DNA of 64,000 nt from Chiloscyllium plagiosum (taxonomy: Eukaryota): the NCBI RefSeq assembly GCF_004010195.1, contig NC_057749.1:24038510-24102509 (forward strand), in the 5' to 3' direction. This document shows positions 12,237 to 26,201 of the stretch, piece by piece. Positions within the stretch are counted from its first letter, which is position 1. Each line of letters opens with the position of its first letter. The position numbers and the translations under genes are program-made. The notes beneath the pieces are model-generated. The model had not been told where the DNA came from and searched no databases. It saw only the letters and a program-made list of their open reading frames with translations.

Positions 12237-13974
12237 CGAACACAGTGAGCAGCGGGGCATGGGCAGAGGTCTGTTACCCTGTTCCTTATCATCACTGAGG
12301 GAGGTGCTAGGTGGAGCTGAGTCCTGAGGGATGAGGGGAGGCCAATTCGGACATCGGCCTGCTCCCGTGCACTGATAACGGTCAAGGGTGGAGAGAGAGT
12401 GGGATGAAGCAAGGTGGGTGTAGCTGTCCATGAGAGAGGGTAGCTAACACGGAAGGAAGGGCAAAGGACGATTGGTGGGGGTCGGGGGAGGTGAGGGAGG
12501 GGAATCACACCATGAGAAATCGAGGGTTGACTTTGCTTCTTAAATGGTAGCCAGTAAATTGTGTGCTAGTGTTGCAGATGCTTTAACCATGTAATAAAGC
12601 AAGGAACCTGTACTCCTTCTGAGTGCAGGTATTTGAGGAAGTCTGCACTGTGGGCGTAATTATCCATTGCTACATTTTAAATTAAGCCAGAAATGTTGGC
12701 CTGTTGTTGGATGCTTAAGCATAAACTACTGTTTTTAACTGTGATTCAGTTTGGAGTGATATTAGAGTTGTTGGTGTTTAACTTTCTGCTAAAGCACCCA
12801 CTTAATTTGAAATTGCATTGGAATGGTCTTTACAACCAGCTACTGGCTGACATTTGTTTCTGTCACATGTCGGTTTGACTCTCCAACTTCACTGAAGTCG
12901 GACACAGTTTGCAAGTGACATGTAGACCTTATAAATTCAATGGCAAGTGTGTCCATTGAGAAATTGTTCTGATCAATGCATTGCCCCCTGCTCCCTGCAA
13001 TGTATTTGCTTCCCTGGAGATTTGTACACTCTGGTTACAGACATCCATCCTGCAACGTTTGCTAGTGAGTTTAATAATAAGCCACACTTCTTCCTCTGGT
13101 TTCACACAGTCTGTGAGCCACCTCACTGGGCGGTAGTGGCCTATTGTTGGACAGACACAAGCAGCAGACAAAGACCCAAAGACCCTTATCATGTGTAAGG
13201 CCCTGGTTTACTGCTGCACAACCAACATCCCATTTGGGAGCAGAATCCAAGGCAGGAGACCTTTGCCTTGTTGGAGAGTGTGTCCGTCACCAGCCCATTT
13301 GAACTATGGAGTAATAACAGTGCCCCATCAGCAGGGGACAGTATCTTGAGTCTCTGGCCTGTTCTCCATCGAGTGAGGTCTATGTATGACTGCAGAATTT
13401 CTTGAGGGCCTTTCTTCTTGGTTTTCCCAGTGCAGTTTTAGCATTTTGGCAAAATAACCCTCAACAGTCAGTTGATCAGACAAACAGCAGCCCCTCCTCA
13501 CTAAAGCAATAAGCAAAATCCCACCAACTGACCGGCTGTGTGATCACGTTTGACTCCTGGGCTGTCTCATTGTTTGATTTTACTCATGCTGTGCGCAACT
13601 AGTTTTTGATTCTCTTTCATGAGTGTTCAGTTGTTCCTCATTGGTGTGCAAATTTAGTTTTTGTCATTTTAAGCTTGCCTCGGAAACCGTGTCTTGCCCC
13701 AGCCTCTTCCTGCTGTGTTTCTGTTGTCAGGTGTCTGTGGGAATACTCGCTTCACATTCATGGGCATGACACTGACTGTGAATATTGCGTGCTGATGTAG
13801 ACTCTGAAAGTTTACCAGTTCCCACATTCCTCTCAGTATGACTGCCCCTGAAAAGTTCATCAGTGCAACAGCTCAACTGAACATTGGTGAAAGACTTTGT
13901 TACAACACTTGAACATGCATACCTTGGTTTCAGTTAATTTATTCATTGATGAACAGTGACTTTTCAAACAGAAC

Positions 13975-14378
13975 CCGCTTAATTCCCTGTAGCATCGGAG
14001 GCTGACGGGTGACTTTATTGAGGTTTGTAAAATCATGATGGGCATGGATAGGATAAATAGGTAAAGCCTTTTTCTCCAGGGTAGGGGAGTGCAAAACTCG
14101 AGGAAATAGGTTTAAGTTGAGAGGGGAAGGATTTTGAAGGGACCTAAGGGGTAGCGGTTTCATGCAGAGTGTTGCTTATATGGAAAGAGCTGCCGGAGGA
14201 AGTAGTGGAAGGTGGTATAAATACGGCATTTAAAAGGCATCTAGAATAGGAAGGGTTTGGAGGAATATGGGCCAAATGCTGGCAAATGGGACTAAATTAA
14301 TTTAAGATATCTGGTCGGCATGGATGACCTGAACCAAAGGTCTGTTTCCGTGCTGAACATCTCTATGCCTAAGACTCT
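13975..14378 (+). mobile_element. CR1 LINE 3' end
   Basis: RRLTGDFIEV region plus the conserved 3'UTR and tail. Confidence 0.85.
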
Positions 14379-16457
14379 ATTTGCAGTCTCATTAGTGGGG
14401 ATATTTCGATGGTCACACTGCAGTAATAATACAGTGAAGATTCATTTTCTATTTACCAGGATGCAGGTTTATAAATATTGGAACATGTTTAAACTCATGG
14501 TGTGGTACTGTCAAAGACATGAATTGGAGAGTGGTAGGCACCAGAAAACCAATTCCTATTGAAGCTAGATGGGCCGAGTGGCGTACTCTTGTTTTTTTCC
14601 GTCAGCCTTTATAGATTTCCAGTCTCCTGTGTTCTGAACTTGCATATCAGAAAACTGGAAGTTGAGCTTGCCTGTGAATGGTTTTGTACAGAAATGGTAA
14701 AAGTCCTCGTTCAATGGGCTGTTGTGTGTCCTGCTAATGGAGTACTTTATAGGTTTGCAGTCGAGGTGAGCAAGGGCCAAGAAACGATTAAAACCTGCAA
14801 AGTTGCTGATTGTTTAATGGCTTTAATATCCTGATGTGCATATCCAAGCTGTGATTACAGCGCTTCCCTTATCTCTGCGTCCATCTGCTTGGCTGGGTCC
14901 AAATGTGTTCTCAGCACTGATTGAAAGTCATTTGTGCTTCCGGGCCTCAGGCTAATTATGATCTGGCTGTAACTTATTTCACATTGCAGTTGCTTGTAAT
15001 GAGACGAGAAGCAGAGCACGTGGATAGTGGAGTGAGAAGACAGGATCAGGTCTGTTGAGGGGGAGTGGAAGGGTTGACAGCTGGGCAATGGTGGAGTGGG
15101 CAGGAAGTGTGGGGTTGGGGGTTCTGGTAGATGGACGTGCCTCGTGGGTGTTTGATCCTTATTGTTGGTGGATGCTTTGTTCTTCACAGAGCACAGCTTT
15201 ATTGCATCATTTATGAGCTTAAACCCCTGTGACTGTTCCTGCTTTCTGTTTGCTAGGGGTGTGCTGTGTATCATTATTTCAGCATTAATTTTGAGGGGTC
15301 CCTTATTGTGGATATTGCAATAAGGACAGGTAATTTACGTTAACCACAGTCAGTTATGACCCAGCATCTCATGAGGAGTGTTTTTGATCCTTCCTGTCTT
15401 TAATTATGGCCAATTCGACAGTGGATGCACACAAACAGAAAAAGATTAAAACGGTTCATGATACCAGGGTGCCTGAAGCTCTGTATTTCCTGACTGATAC
15501 TCAGTGGCCTCTGACAATATGTGCAAGAGGTCAGCAGAAATTTACATGTGCTTTTATGTCCAGATGTTGACATGGCCTCCAAACAGGCTTCTGTTATTTT
15601 TCAAATTCATTGCAAATGTATTTTCTTCACTTTCAGAAGCAGCTAACACAGTCTGAGCATCTCAATGAACTGCAGGATGTTTTTGCTGTATCTGTGACTG
15701 CATTGAAAATTTTGCATTCCTATAGTGCCTTTCAGAACCTGAAATGCTTTAAGGCAAGACTTATGGAGCCAAGGTATTTATCTTAAGTTAAAACGCAGTC
15801 AACCTTCCCCACTTGAGCCATGGCACAGGTTCAATGATCTATACCTGTTCCTATTTCCCTGCTGTCACTCCTTTCAGATAAACTTAATTTACTGATCATG
15901 GTTCCAATGGTGACTGTCTGTACCCAGAATGCATAGCATGGCTGATTGTTCCCTATCATTACAAAGAGCGGCTCGGTGCACCAGAGGCTGAGGGTTGATG
16001 GTGCAAAAAGAGAGTGATCATGAGATAAGTAAGAAAAAAGGGAAGATGTGAATGGCAGAATGAAAAATGAAGATGAAGGTAAGGGATGCACGAGTGTAAA
16101 AAATGCAAAGAGAAAGGAAACAAACAGGCCATAGAGATTGCAGTCCGAAATTGTTAGCCGCCATATTGAGGACAGAAAGCTGTTAAGAGCCTGGTGAAAA
16201 CATGAGTTTCTGTTTCTCAAGGTTACTCGAGGAGGCCAAGGACAGAGAGGTCAGTGTGAGAGTCAGATAGGAAATTAAGATGTCAGGCGACTGGAAGCTC
16301 GGGATCATACTTATTGACTGAACAATGGTGTTCTACAAACCAATCATTTCAATCTGTGATTGGACTCTCCAATGGAGAGCAGACTGCATTGTAAGTCATG
16401 AATAACTTCAAGCTATATCAGCTGCACTAATGTGGAAAGCTATATCATCTGAACCGA

Positions 16458-16707
16458 TGTGACAGAGACAGAGAAATAACTCCACAGAGACCGGTATCCC
16501 GCCACCAAGTCAGTCTTTATTTACACGTGTATAGTATTTGACTCTGACCTGGCTAGCTCAGAGCCAGTTCTTAGAATAAGCAGAACCTCTGATACTCCTG
16601 TTCATATCTGTCAGCCAGGGCTCCCTGATAGGGGCTGTTAATCTGGTCCATTCAGGGAATTTATATTCTGGGAGACCCAATTGGCTGACATTGTTCCAAT
16701 CAGTACA
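16458..16707 (-). mobile_element. Possible short solo LTR
   Basis: TG...CA ends and AATAAA on the minus strand; TSD not clean. Confidence 0.35.
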
Positions 16708-17539
16708 GATTGGAATAGAATCCTTATAGTACTAGGGTGTGAGGAACTGAAGTCAAGATCGGCGTGGGAGGCTTGCAGTAAATACTGGTGTGTCCATGGA
16801 AGTGAAGACAGAGATGGGGAGACAGTGAAGTGGGCCATATCAATGCAAGACATAGGAGCTGAGGAGACCGTTTGGCCCCTCAAGCTTGACCATTCCATAG
16901 GATCGTGTCTGATCTTGGGCTTTAAACTCAGTTCCTCACCAGCTCCCCATGTCCTCTGAGAGACTGAGTATCTGCCTGTCCCCGGCTGAATGGATTCAAT
17001 GATGGTGCATCTAAAACTCTATGGGGCGGGGAATCGCAATGATTCATAACCCTTTGACAATTCTGTTTGTCTACATCCTAAATGATCAGCCCTTTATCCT
17101 CAGACTAAGCTTCTGTGTTTTCGATTCCTTAACCAGCAGAAATGCTCTCGCAGTATGCGTCTTGTGAAAACACCATCAGAACCGGGTTTCAGCGAGAGCG
17201 CCGCTCATTCTTCTACATTGCAGGAATGCAGGCCAATTCGCTCGGTCTCTCTCCATAGGACAAACCCCTCAACCCAGGGATTAATTTAGTGAAGCTTTGC
17301 TTTGCTCTACTGCGTCTGGTGCAAGTCATCCCTTTCTTTGACGTGGAGACGAAAGCTGCACACGGTATTCCAGATGTGGCCTCACCAAAACTGTGCCAAA
17401 GTGAGACCAGAGTGGAAACTGGGAGCAAAGGCGTTGAGATACTCCGGTTCAGGACAAGAGCAGAAAATGGCAACAAAGCGTGAAAAGAGGTGACGAAGTG
17501 AAGCCGGGTACAGCAGGAACAAAACGTGTCCCACCAAGA

Positions 17540-17928
17540 GGAGGCTGAGGGGTAACCTTATAGAGGTTTACAAAATTAGGAGGGGCATGGATAGGGTAAA
17601 TAGGCAAAGTCTTTTCCCTGGCGTAGGAGAGCCCACAACTAGAGGGCATAGGTTTTGGGTGAGAGGGGAAAGATATAAAAGAGACCTAAGGGGCAACTTT
17701 TTCACATAGAGGGTGGTACGTGTATGGAATGAGATGCCAGAGGAAGTGGTGGAGACTGGTAGAATTGCAATATTTAAGAGGCTTTTGGATAGATATATGA
17801 ATAGGAAGGGTTTGGAGGGATATAGGCTAGGTGCTGGCAGGTGGGACTAGATTGGATTGGGATATCTGGTCGGCATGGACGGGTTGGACCGAAGGGTCTG
17901 TTTCCATTCTGTACATCTCTATGACTCT
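17540..17928 (+). mobile_element. CR1 LINE 3' end
   Basis: Near-identical to the 3' ends at 11850-12236 and 45190-45568. Confidence 0.9.
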
Positions 17929-19029
17929 AAGAGTTTGGCATAACTTGGACCTGTTCACAGTGATGCCACGTCTTTGGAGAAAGTGATGGTGGCGGGGTTT
18001 GGGGAGGGGTGGTGTTGTGGAAGCGGGGAGTTGAAAAGGTTGCTCAGTGTGAGAAACCTTCAGTTAAGCCAGTTACCATCCCAGCAGCCTTCTCTCGATC
18101 ATCAGCCAAGTGAAGGAAAGGGGTCATCAACAACGCAATGGAGGTACATTGAGTGTAGCAATAAGCTGCTCAGATTGGCTTCCACTGGTCCAACTCTGCT
18201 CCAAACCTCATTACCTCATTGGTCCAAACGTGGACAAAAGGAATTGATTTCTGGGTGAGGTGAGAGTAAATACCCTCAACATCAAAGCAACATTTGACCA
18301 ACTGTGGTATCAAAGAGCCCAACTTGACTCAATGGGAATCTCAAGCTCGCCAGTGACCCTGAAGTTAAATTCCTCTCTCTGTAATGGGCGAGCCGCCCAA
18401 CTGGGACGATGGCAACAATGGCTCTATGTCAGTAAGTTCCACAGTCTGTCCCCAGGGATCTGAATTAGCCCATCTTGTCAGCGATTGCCCAGTGACCATG
18501 TGTCAGTGTAGCCCTCCGTTCATTGACTGAGATAATGCATCAATCTGCTGAAGTCTCAATGGTCCTAATTTTGCAGGAGAAATGAGATTTAGATGTCATT
18601 GTGTTCAACGATTGAACGCCCATCACTGAGGACAAGGGGGTAGGAACCTGCCAGGAAACTAAAGACAAATAATTAAATGAATCCAACAGGTGACTAAAAC
18701 TGTGAACAGGATTATGTTCGCGGTTTGTCTGATTGTGAATTTACTTGCTCCAGTCCCCACCTTGTGACCTTCTTCACTGCTATTCGCGATGTTGAGTGTG
18801 GTAATGTGAAAGCGGAGGGAGAGAGAAGGACTGAGCGAAAGCCACACAGCCTGTGACGGTCATCGCTCGATTGTGGTCCCAGTGGTTACATTTCCAACCA
18901 GGATGGTGCCTGGCCTGCAGGGCATGAATTGTGAGGAAAAATTGGACAGATTGAAGCTGTTTTCCTTTTCTTTTTGTTCATTGGGCGAGGCCAGCATTTA
19001 TTGGCTGTTCCTAATTGCCCAGAGTAGAC

Positions 19030-19930
19030 AGGCAGGAGGCTGGAAGAACACAGCAAGCCAGGCAGCATCAAGAGGTGGAGAAGTCAACGTTTTGGGTGTA
19101 ACCCTTCTTCCGGACTGGGTGTGGGTATGGGAGGAGCTGCAGATAAAGGGGGAGGCGGGGACAGGGTGGTGAAGTGGGGATGGGTGAAGGCAGGCAGAGG
19201 ATACAACCTGGTTGGTCAAGAGGAGAAATAAATCCGGCTGGTGGCTGAGAGGGGTGGAATGGAGGGGAAGGGGCTCAGAAGGGAGTTGGGGAATGGGGAG
19301 GGTGGTTATTTGAAACTGGAGAACTCAATGTTGAATCCTCTGGGCTGTAGGGTGCCCAGGTGGAAGATTGGGTGGTGTTCCTCCAATTGAAGCTGTGGTT
19401 TGTTTTGGCAATGGAGAAGGCCAAGGAGAGTCATGTCGGAAAGGGAGTGGGAAGGGGAATTAAAATGGACGGTGACTGAGAGGTCCGATCGGCCACTGCA
19501 GGCCTGGCTAAGATGCTCAGTGAACTGCTCCCTAAGTTTATGTTTGGTCTCCCTGATGTAGAGAAGACCACATCAGGAGAACAGAGCGAGGAATACAATG
19601 TTAGGGCTGCAGAGAAGATGCACAGAGAGCGAGGTCAACATTAAGTTTACAATTTCAGAAGTCCATTCAGATAACAGCTGAGAACCTATTTGAATGTGTG
19701 TTTGAGCGTTTCTATATTCTACCTGATGGAAGAGGGTGGAAGGGATTATAACTGGGGTGAAAGGGGTCTTTGATGATGTTGGCTGCCTTCCTGAAGCAAC
19801 AGGAAGTGTAGATGGCGTCAATGGATAGAAGGTTGGCTTCCATGATGTAGTAAACTAGGTTGTAAGAGAGGCAGGTGAACCACTGACTTACCTGGAAGGA
19901 GTGTTTGGGGCCTCAGACAGAGGTGAGGTG
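19030..19930 (-). mobile_element. Penelope-like element remnant (GIY-YIG region and pLTR with degenerate hammerhead core)
   Basis: Minus strand reads like NLVY...CGLLYI.ETK; the pLTR has agtc-cggaaga-agggttacaccc-aaaac-gtt-gact; interrupted at 19578-19847. Confidence 0.7.
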
Positions 19931-20954
19931 AGTGGTAGGGCAGTTAAGAGTCAATCACATGGCTGTAGGTTTGGAGTTACAGATGTGAAGGTTGAAGAGG
20001 GGCTTGCTAATATAAGATAATGAGGGCATAGATTGGGTGGATAGGAAGGTGTTTAATTAATTAGTATAGAGGGATCAATAATCATGGGGGATAAATTTAA
20101 GGTCAGAGGCTAAAAGGAGAGTTGACGAGAATGTTTTTCACTGAGGGTGATGGGACTGCTGAACTCACTACCTGAAAAAGTGGTTGAGTCAGAAATTCTT
20201 ATAACATTTAAGCAGTAGTTGGATGTTGATTTGCATTGCTGTAGCCTGCAAGGAGTATGGGCGAAGAGTCTAAAATGGGATTAGTGTAATCAGATCTTTG
20301 TTGACCGGCACTGACGTGATGGATCGAATGGCCTCCCTCTTGTCTGTAAATACCCAATGAGTCTATAATCAAGTGGTAGCCATTTCCACTTTTCCGGCAG
20401 CCTGCCTCAACCTTGATCAGACCCTTTGCCTTTTCCCAGTTGATGAGGGTTGGCCACTCTGTTGGGAGTGAACCCAGCCCCTAACCTGTCTTGTGCTGAA
20501 GACATCAGAAACCTCTCCTGTCCCAGCTTTCCAATCGTTCGATAACCCTGCTCTCTGATGCGTTACGCTGCCCATTGTGTTGATGAACCCAGAATGTTTC
20601 GATCAAGTCAGTCGGATAATCCTGAATCTCTCTGACCTGCTGGAATGGATCCAGTCTGTGATTTGTGATCTGGATTGTGTTTGTTGGGATCAGTGTAGGA
20701 AGCTGATTTGCTCTTGCATTCATGTGACGTGACTTTGTGTGAGACTAGTTCACACTGAGTTCTGATTGTACCAGTCTAACTCCAGCTTCAATGATAATTG
20801 AAATTCTACCAGGGCAATAAACATATTGGAATTTTCATTATGTTTCACATTCCAGTGCTGATCAAGTAGTGAATTTCACAGAGCGTCACGATGTCAGAGC
20901 TAACCTTCAGCTTGTGCTGGAGTTTGAACTGAGCTGTCCAATTCCAGTCACCCC

Positions 20955-21345
20955 ACTTTGATTTGATTTGTTATGTCACATGTACCTACGTACAGTGAAA
21001 AGTTTTGTTTTGCATGCAGTACACGCTGATCATACCATACAAAGTGCATCAGGGTAATAGAACAGAGCGAGGAATACAATGTTAGGGCTGCAGAGAAGAT
21101 GCACAGAGAGCGAGATCAACATTAAGTTTACAATTTCAGAAGTCCATTCAGATAACAGCGGGGAAGAAGCTGTTCTTGAACCTATTTGAATGTGTGTTTG
21201 AGCTTTTCTATATTCTACCTGATTGAAGAGGGTGGAAGGGGTCTTTGATTATGTTGGCTGCCTTCCTGAAGCAACAGGAAGTGTAGATGGAGTCAATGGA
21301 TGGAAGGTTGGCTTCTATGATGGACTGGGATGTGTTCACAACACA
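20955..21345 (-). mobile_element. Rex1/Babar-like LINE 3' fragment
   Basis: IIEANLPSIDSIYTSCCFRKAANIIKDPFHP in ORF 21208-21597; (tttga)n tail. Confidence 0.65.
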
Positions 21346-21399
21346 GACCTTGGCAATGACTAGAGGCTCTTTGAGAGTGTGATGACGAGATCTGTCAGA

Positions 21400-22175
21400 A
21401 TGGACAGAAGTGTTGAAGGGGCAGGTGTTGCATCTTCTGCGGTTACATGGGAAGGTGCCGTGGAGAGGAGAGGTGGTCTTGGTGGTTGTGGAATGGACTA
21501 GGGTTTCCTGGGGGGAATGATCCCTCTGAAATGCTGATGGGGGGAATGAGAGGAAGATGTGTTTGGTGAGGCAGGATTTCCCCTGTATCTCCTCCAATCT
21601 TGTGTATTGTATTCACTACACCCAATGTGGTCTGCATTGGAGAAACCAAATGCAGACTGGGTGACTACTATGCAGACTACTTCCAGTCCATGTGCAACCA
21701 TGAGCCTGATCTTCCGCAGCCGGTCACTTTAACACAACGTCCTGCTCACATGCTCTGTCCTCAGCATACTGCAGTGCTTCTGTGAATCCCAGCACAAACT
21801 GGAGGAACTTCAGACTGGGCACTTTACGGCCTTCTGGGCATAATATTGTGTTCCACACCTTCAAATTGTGAACCATTTCTTTCCTTGCTTTGAGTTTGTT
21901 ATCATGTCCTCCTTTTCCCCCATCCCATTTACTGTCCTTTCAAGTCTGGCAGGAGGCACACCATTCTCAAGTTCCAATCACTTAATGTAAACTACTGACA
22001 TCTTTTCTCCACCAGCACTCTACATCCACTACCCCCTGCAACCCCCAACACGAAGAGTCATCTAGACTGGAAACGTTAGCTTGCTCTCTCTCCACAGATG
22101 CTGCCTGACCCACCTTGATCTTCAGCATTGGTTGTTTTCTGTGCAGAATCCAGCATCTGCAGTAATTTGTTCCTA
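21400..22175. mobile_element. Penelope-like element remnant with an inverted 5' part
   Basis: Minus strand RDHS..TLVHS..HGTFPCNRRRCNTCPF; plus strand CIGETKCRLGD (GIY-YIG-like), then a pLTR tail ending ccagcatctgcagt. Confidence 0.7.
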
Positions 22176-22948
22176 CATAATTGCTGCAATATTAAACTTT
22201 TAACTTTCTTCTTTGCTTCTACCTTGTTCATAAGATTCTGTCCCTAAGTGCTTGTACCTGAGGTGGCACCTTGTTTGGCAACATGCATTTTGCACTGTAC
22301 TCCATACTGATCATTGTCTTGCTGGCAGAGTGGCATGCCTTGCGATAGTTCAAACAGAAACACCAACAAAGAATGTTATCTTCAACACAACCTTTTGGCC
22401 CTGTAATAGATGTAAATAATACTTTTATTGCTAATGGGATTTCAAGACAATTCCTGCAGACTGCTTGTCTGTATTTCAAGCTGAGAGATAGCTCATGGTT
22501 TTTCACTATCGACACTGGACTAGGAAGATAAGTGACATTTAACTGTAATTAACTCCACGTTCGTTTGAATTACATTTACTTCAGAGCTGCTTAGCAGCTT
22601 CTCAGTTGTCTACTTTGACACTTAAATTTGAATACTGAAAATTTTGTCTGAAACATATGAATGACTGACTAGACATTTTCAACACTGGGGAGATCTGCCT
22701 GCATTAAATGCAAACGTACATTGCTAATTCTTTAAGCATTGCTCAGAGATTGAGTCTGGATGATAAAGAACCAGGCTACTTGGACAGACTAGGGATCACT
22801 GGTTGTCCTTCTCCTATAACATCACAAGACCTCAAGTGAGTCTTATCCTCATGCAGTAGGTTTCTCCAAGTTGGAGTTAAGTATGCAATGTGTTACATTT
22901 CATGTTGTAGCCAGGAAGTAACGCTATTGTGTATCATTGACTTGCCAG

Positions 22949-23095
22949 GCTGTGCACACACACGATGCGATTACAGAGGCAGCTCAGCTCATGAAAGAAG
23001 CAGTGGACGATATCATGGTGACTCTGAACGAAGCCGCCAGCGATATCGGAATGGTGGGAGGTATGGTCGATGCCATCGCTGATGCGATGAACAGA
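22949..23095 (+). CDS. TLN2: Talin-2 coding exon (R9/R10): AVHTHDAITEAAQLMKEAVDD...DAMNR
   Basis: cAG/GTaag; 147 nt, phase 0/0; follows a 12.2 kb intron. Confidence 0.95.
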
Positions 23096-23437
23096 GTAAG
23101 TTGTGAATTTCAGCTCAAATTGTTCCTCTTATTGACAACTTCCAGTTACCAACCGTTCACTACAAGTTGTGTTTATGTAGCATCTTTGGTGTCATAAATT
23201 GTCTCACAGTGCTTCTCACCAACTTTATTTTACTGGTGAGTGTGCAGACGAGAGTATCCTGGGCTGGAGAGTATCATTTATGAAGAGAGATTGGATAGAC
23301 TGGCCTTGTTTTCTTTAGAGGAGACAGAGAGGGGAAGTGATTGAGATGTATAAAAATTGAGGGTCATGGATAAGGTAAACAGGAGGAACCCTTTCCCCTT
23401 GGTGTAGGGATCAATGATCAGAGGCTTATATTCTGAG

Positions 23438-23685
23438 GCACGGTGGCTCAGTGGTTAGCACTGCTGCCTCACAGCGCCAGGGACCTGGGTTCGATTCCAA
23501 CCTCGAGCCACTGTCTGTGTGGAGTTTGCACATTCTGTCCTGGTTTCCACCCACAGTGTTAAAGACGTGCAGGTTCAGTGGGTTAGCCATGGGAGATGCA
23601 AGGTTACAGGAAGGGGGTGGGATGGGAGTTGGTGTGGACTCAATAGGCCACATGGCCTGCTTCCGCCTCTGTGGAGATTCTATGA
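23438..23685 (+). mobile_element. HE1-type V-SINE inside a CR1 remnant
   Basis: gcacggtggctcagtggttagcactgctgcctcacagcgccagggacc head. Confidence 0.85.
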
Positions 23686-24743
23686 TTTAAGGTACGGAGT
23701 ATGATGTTTAGCGGAGATGTGAGGAAACAGTTTTCACCCAGGGGCTAGCGGGAATCTGGAACTCACTGCCTTTGGCAGGAGCGGTGGCGGGGGGGAGGTG
23801 ATGGGCAGTGCAGAGGCAGAAACGTTCAGAACATTTGTGCAATATTTCGATGTACGTCTGCACTGCCAAGGGATTAGAAAAGGTGTGTGCTTGTTTTTGC
23901 CCAGCACGGATTCGATGGGCCAAAGAGCCTTTTTTCTGCACTGCAGACTTCCTTGATTCTATTATCAGGCAGAATACAACACCAAACCATACTTGGAGAT
24001 GTTTTGACTGGTGGTCAAAAAGATAAAGCTGGAGAGTGTGTACTGAAGTAAAAACTGTTTAGGGAGGAGATTCCAGAGCTGACACCTGAACAGCTGAAGA
24101 CCAGGTTGCCATGAGTGAAGTACATCTTTGAATTTATCAAGTGGTTGAAGTGCTGAGAGTTGTATTGACCGCAGGATGATTACACAGAGGGGTGAGGTGC
24201 TGGAGAGGTTTGAAAATAGGGATGAGAATCTTAAACTTGAGGTGTGGCTTGTCTGGGAAGCACTCAGCGACATGGGCACAGGTGTGACAGAGGAATGGGA
24301 CACAGCATTAGTTAGGGCCTTGCAATGTGGTCCCTAGAGAGTGGAGAACAGAGCGGCAGGGTGAAGTCGTATGAATCACACCCCAGATTAGGTGGGGGGG
24401 GGGGGGAAATGTCAGGGACACAGGGTGGGGGCAGAGACAGTTTGGAGTCAGGGGTATGTGGCCTTAGTGATATCTGAGCAAGTGAGATGTCTCAGGAAAT
24501 ACAGAAGATAGGAGCAGAAAACTGCAAAGAGAGATTAGTGCTGTCAATTCAGTGAAGGGGTAAACCTGTGACGCATGGGGTCACTCCCACTGAACCTGAG
24601 AGAGATCGAACAGTGTTTGATCAATAATGAGGAGCTAGAGACTGTGGAGAGGCAGAGACATTAAAATATTCAAATGCCTAACACCACTTTAAACTGGTTA
24701 GGCGCTACACTCCCCATGAGCCGATGGCATCTTCTGTACTGTA

Positions 24744-24962
24744 CAGTCGGTTCTGCTATAACGTGCGTTTCTTCAACGCAAATTGGCTATAACGCAATTG
24801 AAGAATTTAGACCATTATTTGAAGAATGGGAACTTGCCTTACCTATATTGGCTATAACGTGATTCCAGTCCCATTAATGTAAATAGTGCTGCTGTAACAC
24901 GATTTCCTTATAATGCAGGATCAGAGGGGAGCGGAGCTATTGCGTTGTATCTGAACAGACTA
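24744..24962 (+). mobile_element. Tc1/mariner (Tigger/pogo-like) MITE
   Basis: TA|CAGTCGGTTCTGCTATAACG left end, degenerate inverted right end, internal ctataacg subrepeats; homologous copy at 57258-57459. Confidence 0.7.
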
Positions 24963-25169
24963 TTATTCTGTGATCTCTTCTGTACTGATTCTCATATACA
25001 GATACCCGCTGGTGCAAGGAAAGGTTTAAAACTCAGCTCAAGGTTGAAAGTAACTCTTAAACACTGACCGGTCCTTTGACGAAATGATTCATTGTAACTC
25101 GACATGATCCAGGTTGCGATTAGAGTTTTATTGTTCGCGGAGTGTGTTGCTATGCAGCTCCCGGCCAGT

Positions 25170-25745
25170 AATGGTCCTGTCATTGTTCAGAGCTCTGATG
25201 AGCTGCCAAGTCAGCACACTGTCATATTGCTGCATTGACTTCTCCAAAGCCTGTCCATCTTCTACTAGGCACAAGTCAGGAGTGTGATGGAATACTCCCC
25301 ACTTGACAGCATCTAGGTCAAAGCAGTCCACTTGATTGGCACCACTTCCACATGCATCCCCTCCCTCCACCACCAATGTTCAGTAGCAGCAGTGTGTACT
25401 ATCTATAAGATGCACTGCAGCAATTCACCAAAGATCCTCAGGTAGCACTTTCCAAACCCATGACCACTTCCATCTAGAAGGACAAGGACAACAGATACAT
25501 GGGAACCCCACCCTCTGCAAGCCCCATACCATCCCCACATGGAAATGCATCACCGTTCCTTCAGTGTCACTGGGTCAGAATCCTGGAATTCCTTACCTAA
25601 TAGCATTGTGGGTTAACCCACAGCAGGAGGACTGCAGCGGTTCAAGAAAGCAGCTCACACCTGCCACCTCAGGGGCAACTAGAGATGGGCAATAAATGCT
25701 GGACCCAGCCAGCGATGTCCACCTCCCACAAGGAAATGAAAACAA
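25170..25745 (+). mobile_element. RTEX-like LINE 3' fragment
   Basis: Y.AQVRSVMEYSPL-type coding remnant and gggcaataaatgctgg...gatgtccacctccca tail. Confidence 0.6.
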
Positions 25746-26201
25746 CATTCCCAACCAGTGGGCCGAGTCGATCTGGTTATGTTGGTCACCGTGTCCCTTG
25801 ATGTTGGTGACCTTGGGTATACGTGTTGCACAGTTCCCATCCTCCTATCCAGTGTGTTTACAATGTCGTAATGCCGGTGGGAAATAGTGTGTGTACCCAT
25901 CACATTCTTAATGTAACTCTCCACCTTTGAGTTAGTTGTGTGGCACCAATTAAGACCCAAATAATTTCCCTTTGTCTCACTAATGGGTCTTGACAATTGG
26001 ATTCAGACAGGAGCCCAATAAACCATTTGTCATGTTCAATTCTAGTTCCTGTTGCCTTCAGTCCCAATGACTGCATCAAACATGGTGCCCAGTAAATGAG
26101 GAAGTCTGGCCTGAGCTTCTCTTAACACCTGAAGGACCACAATCAAAGATTCCTTGCTGACCATGTCCTATCTTCACTACTCTTGGTCTCCTCTCTTACA
26201 G

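Noticed and set aside
23438..23505. tRNA gene (and similar SINE heads elsewhere)
   Set aside because: The tRNA-like head runs straight into the V-SINE core and CR1-like tail.
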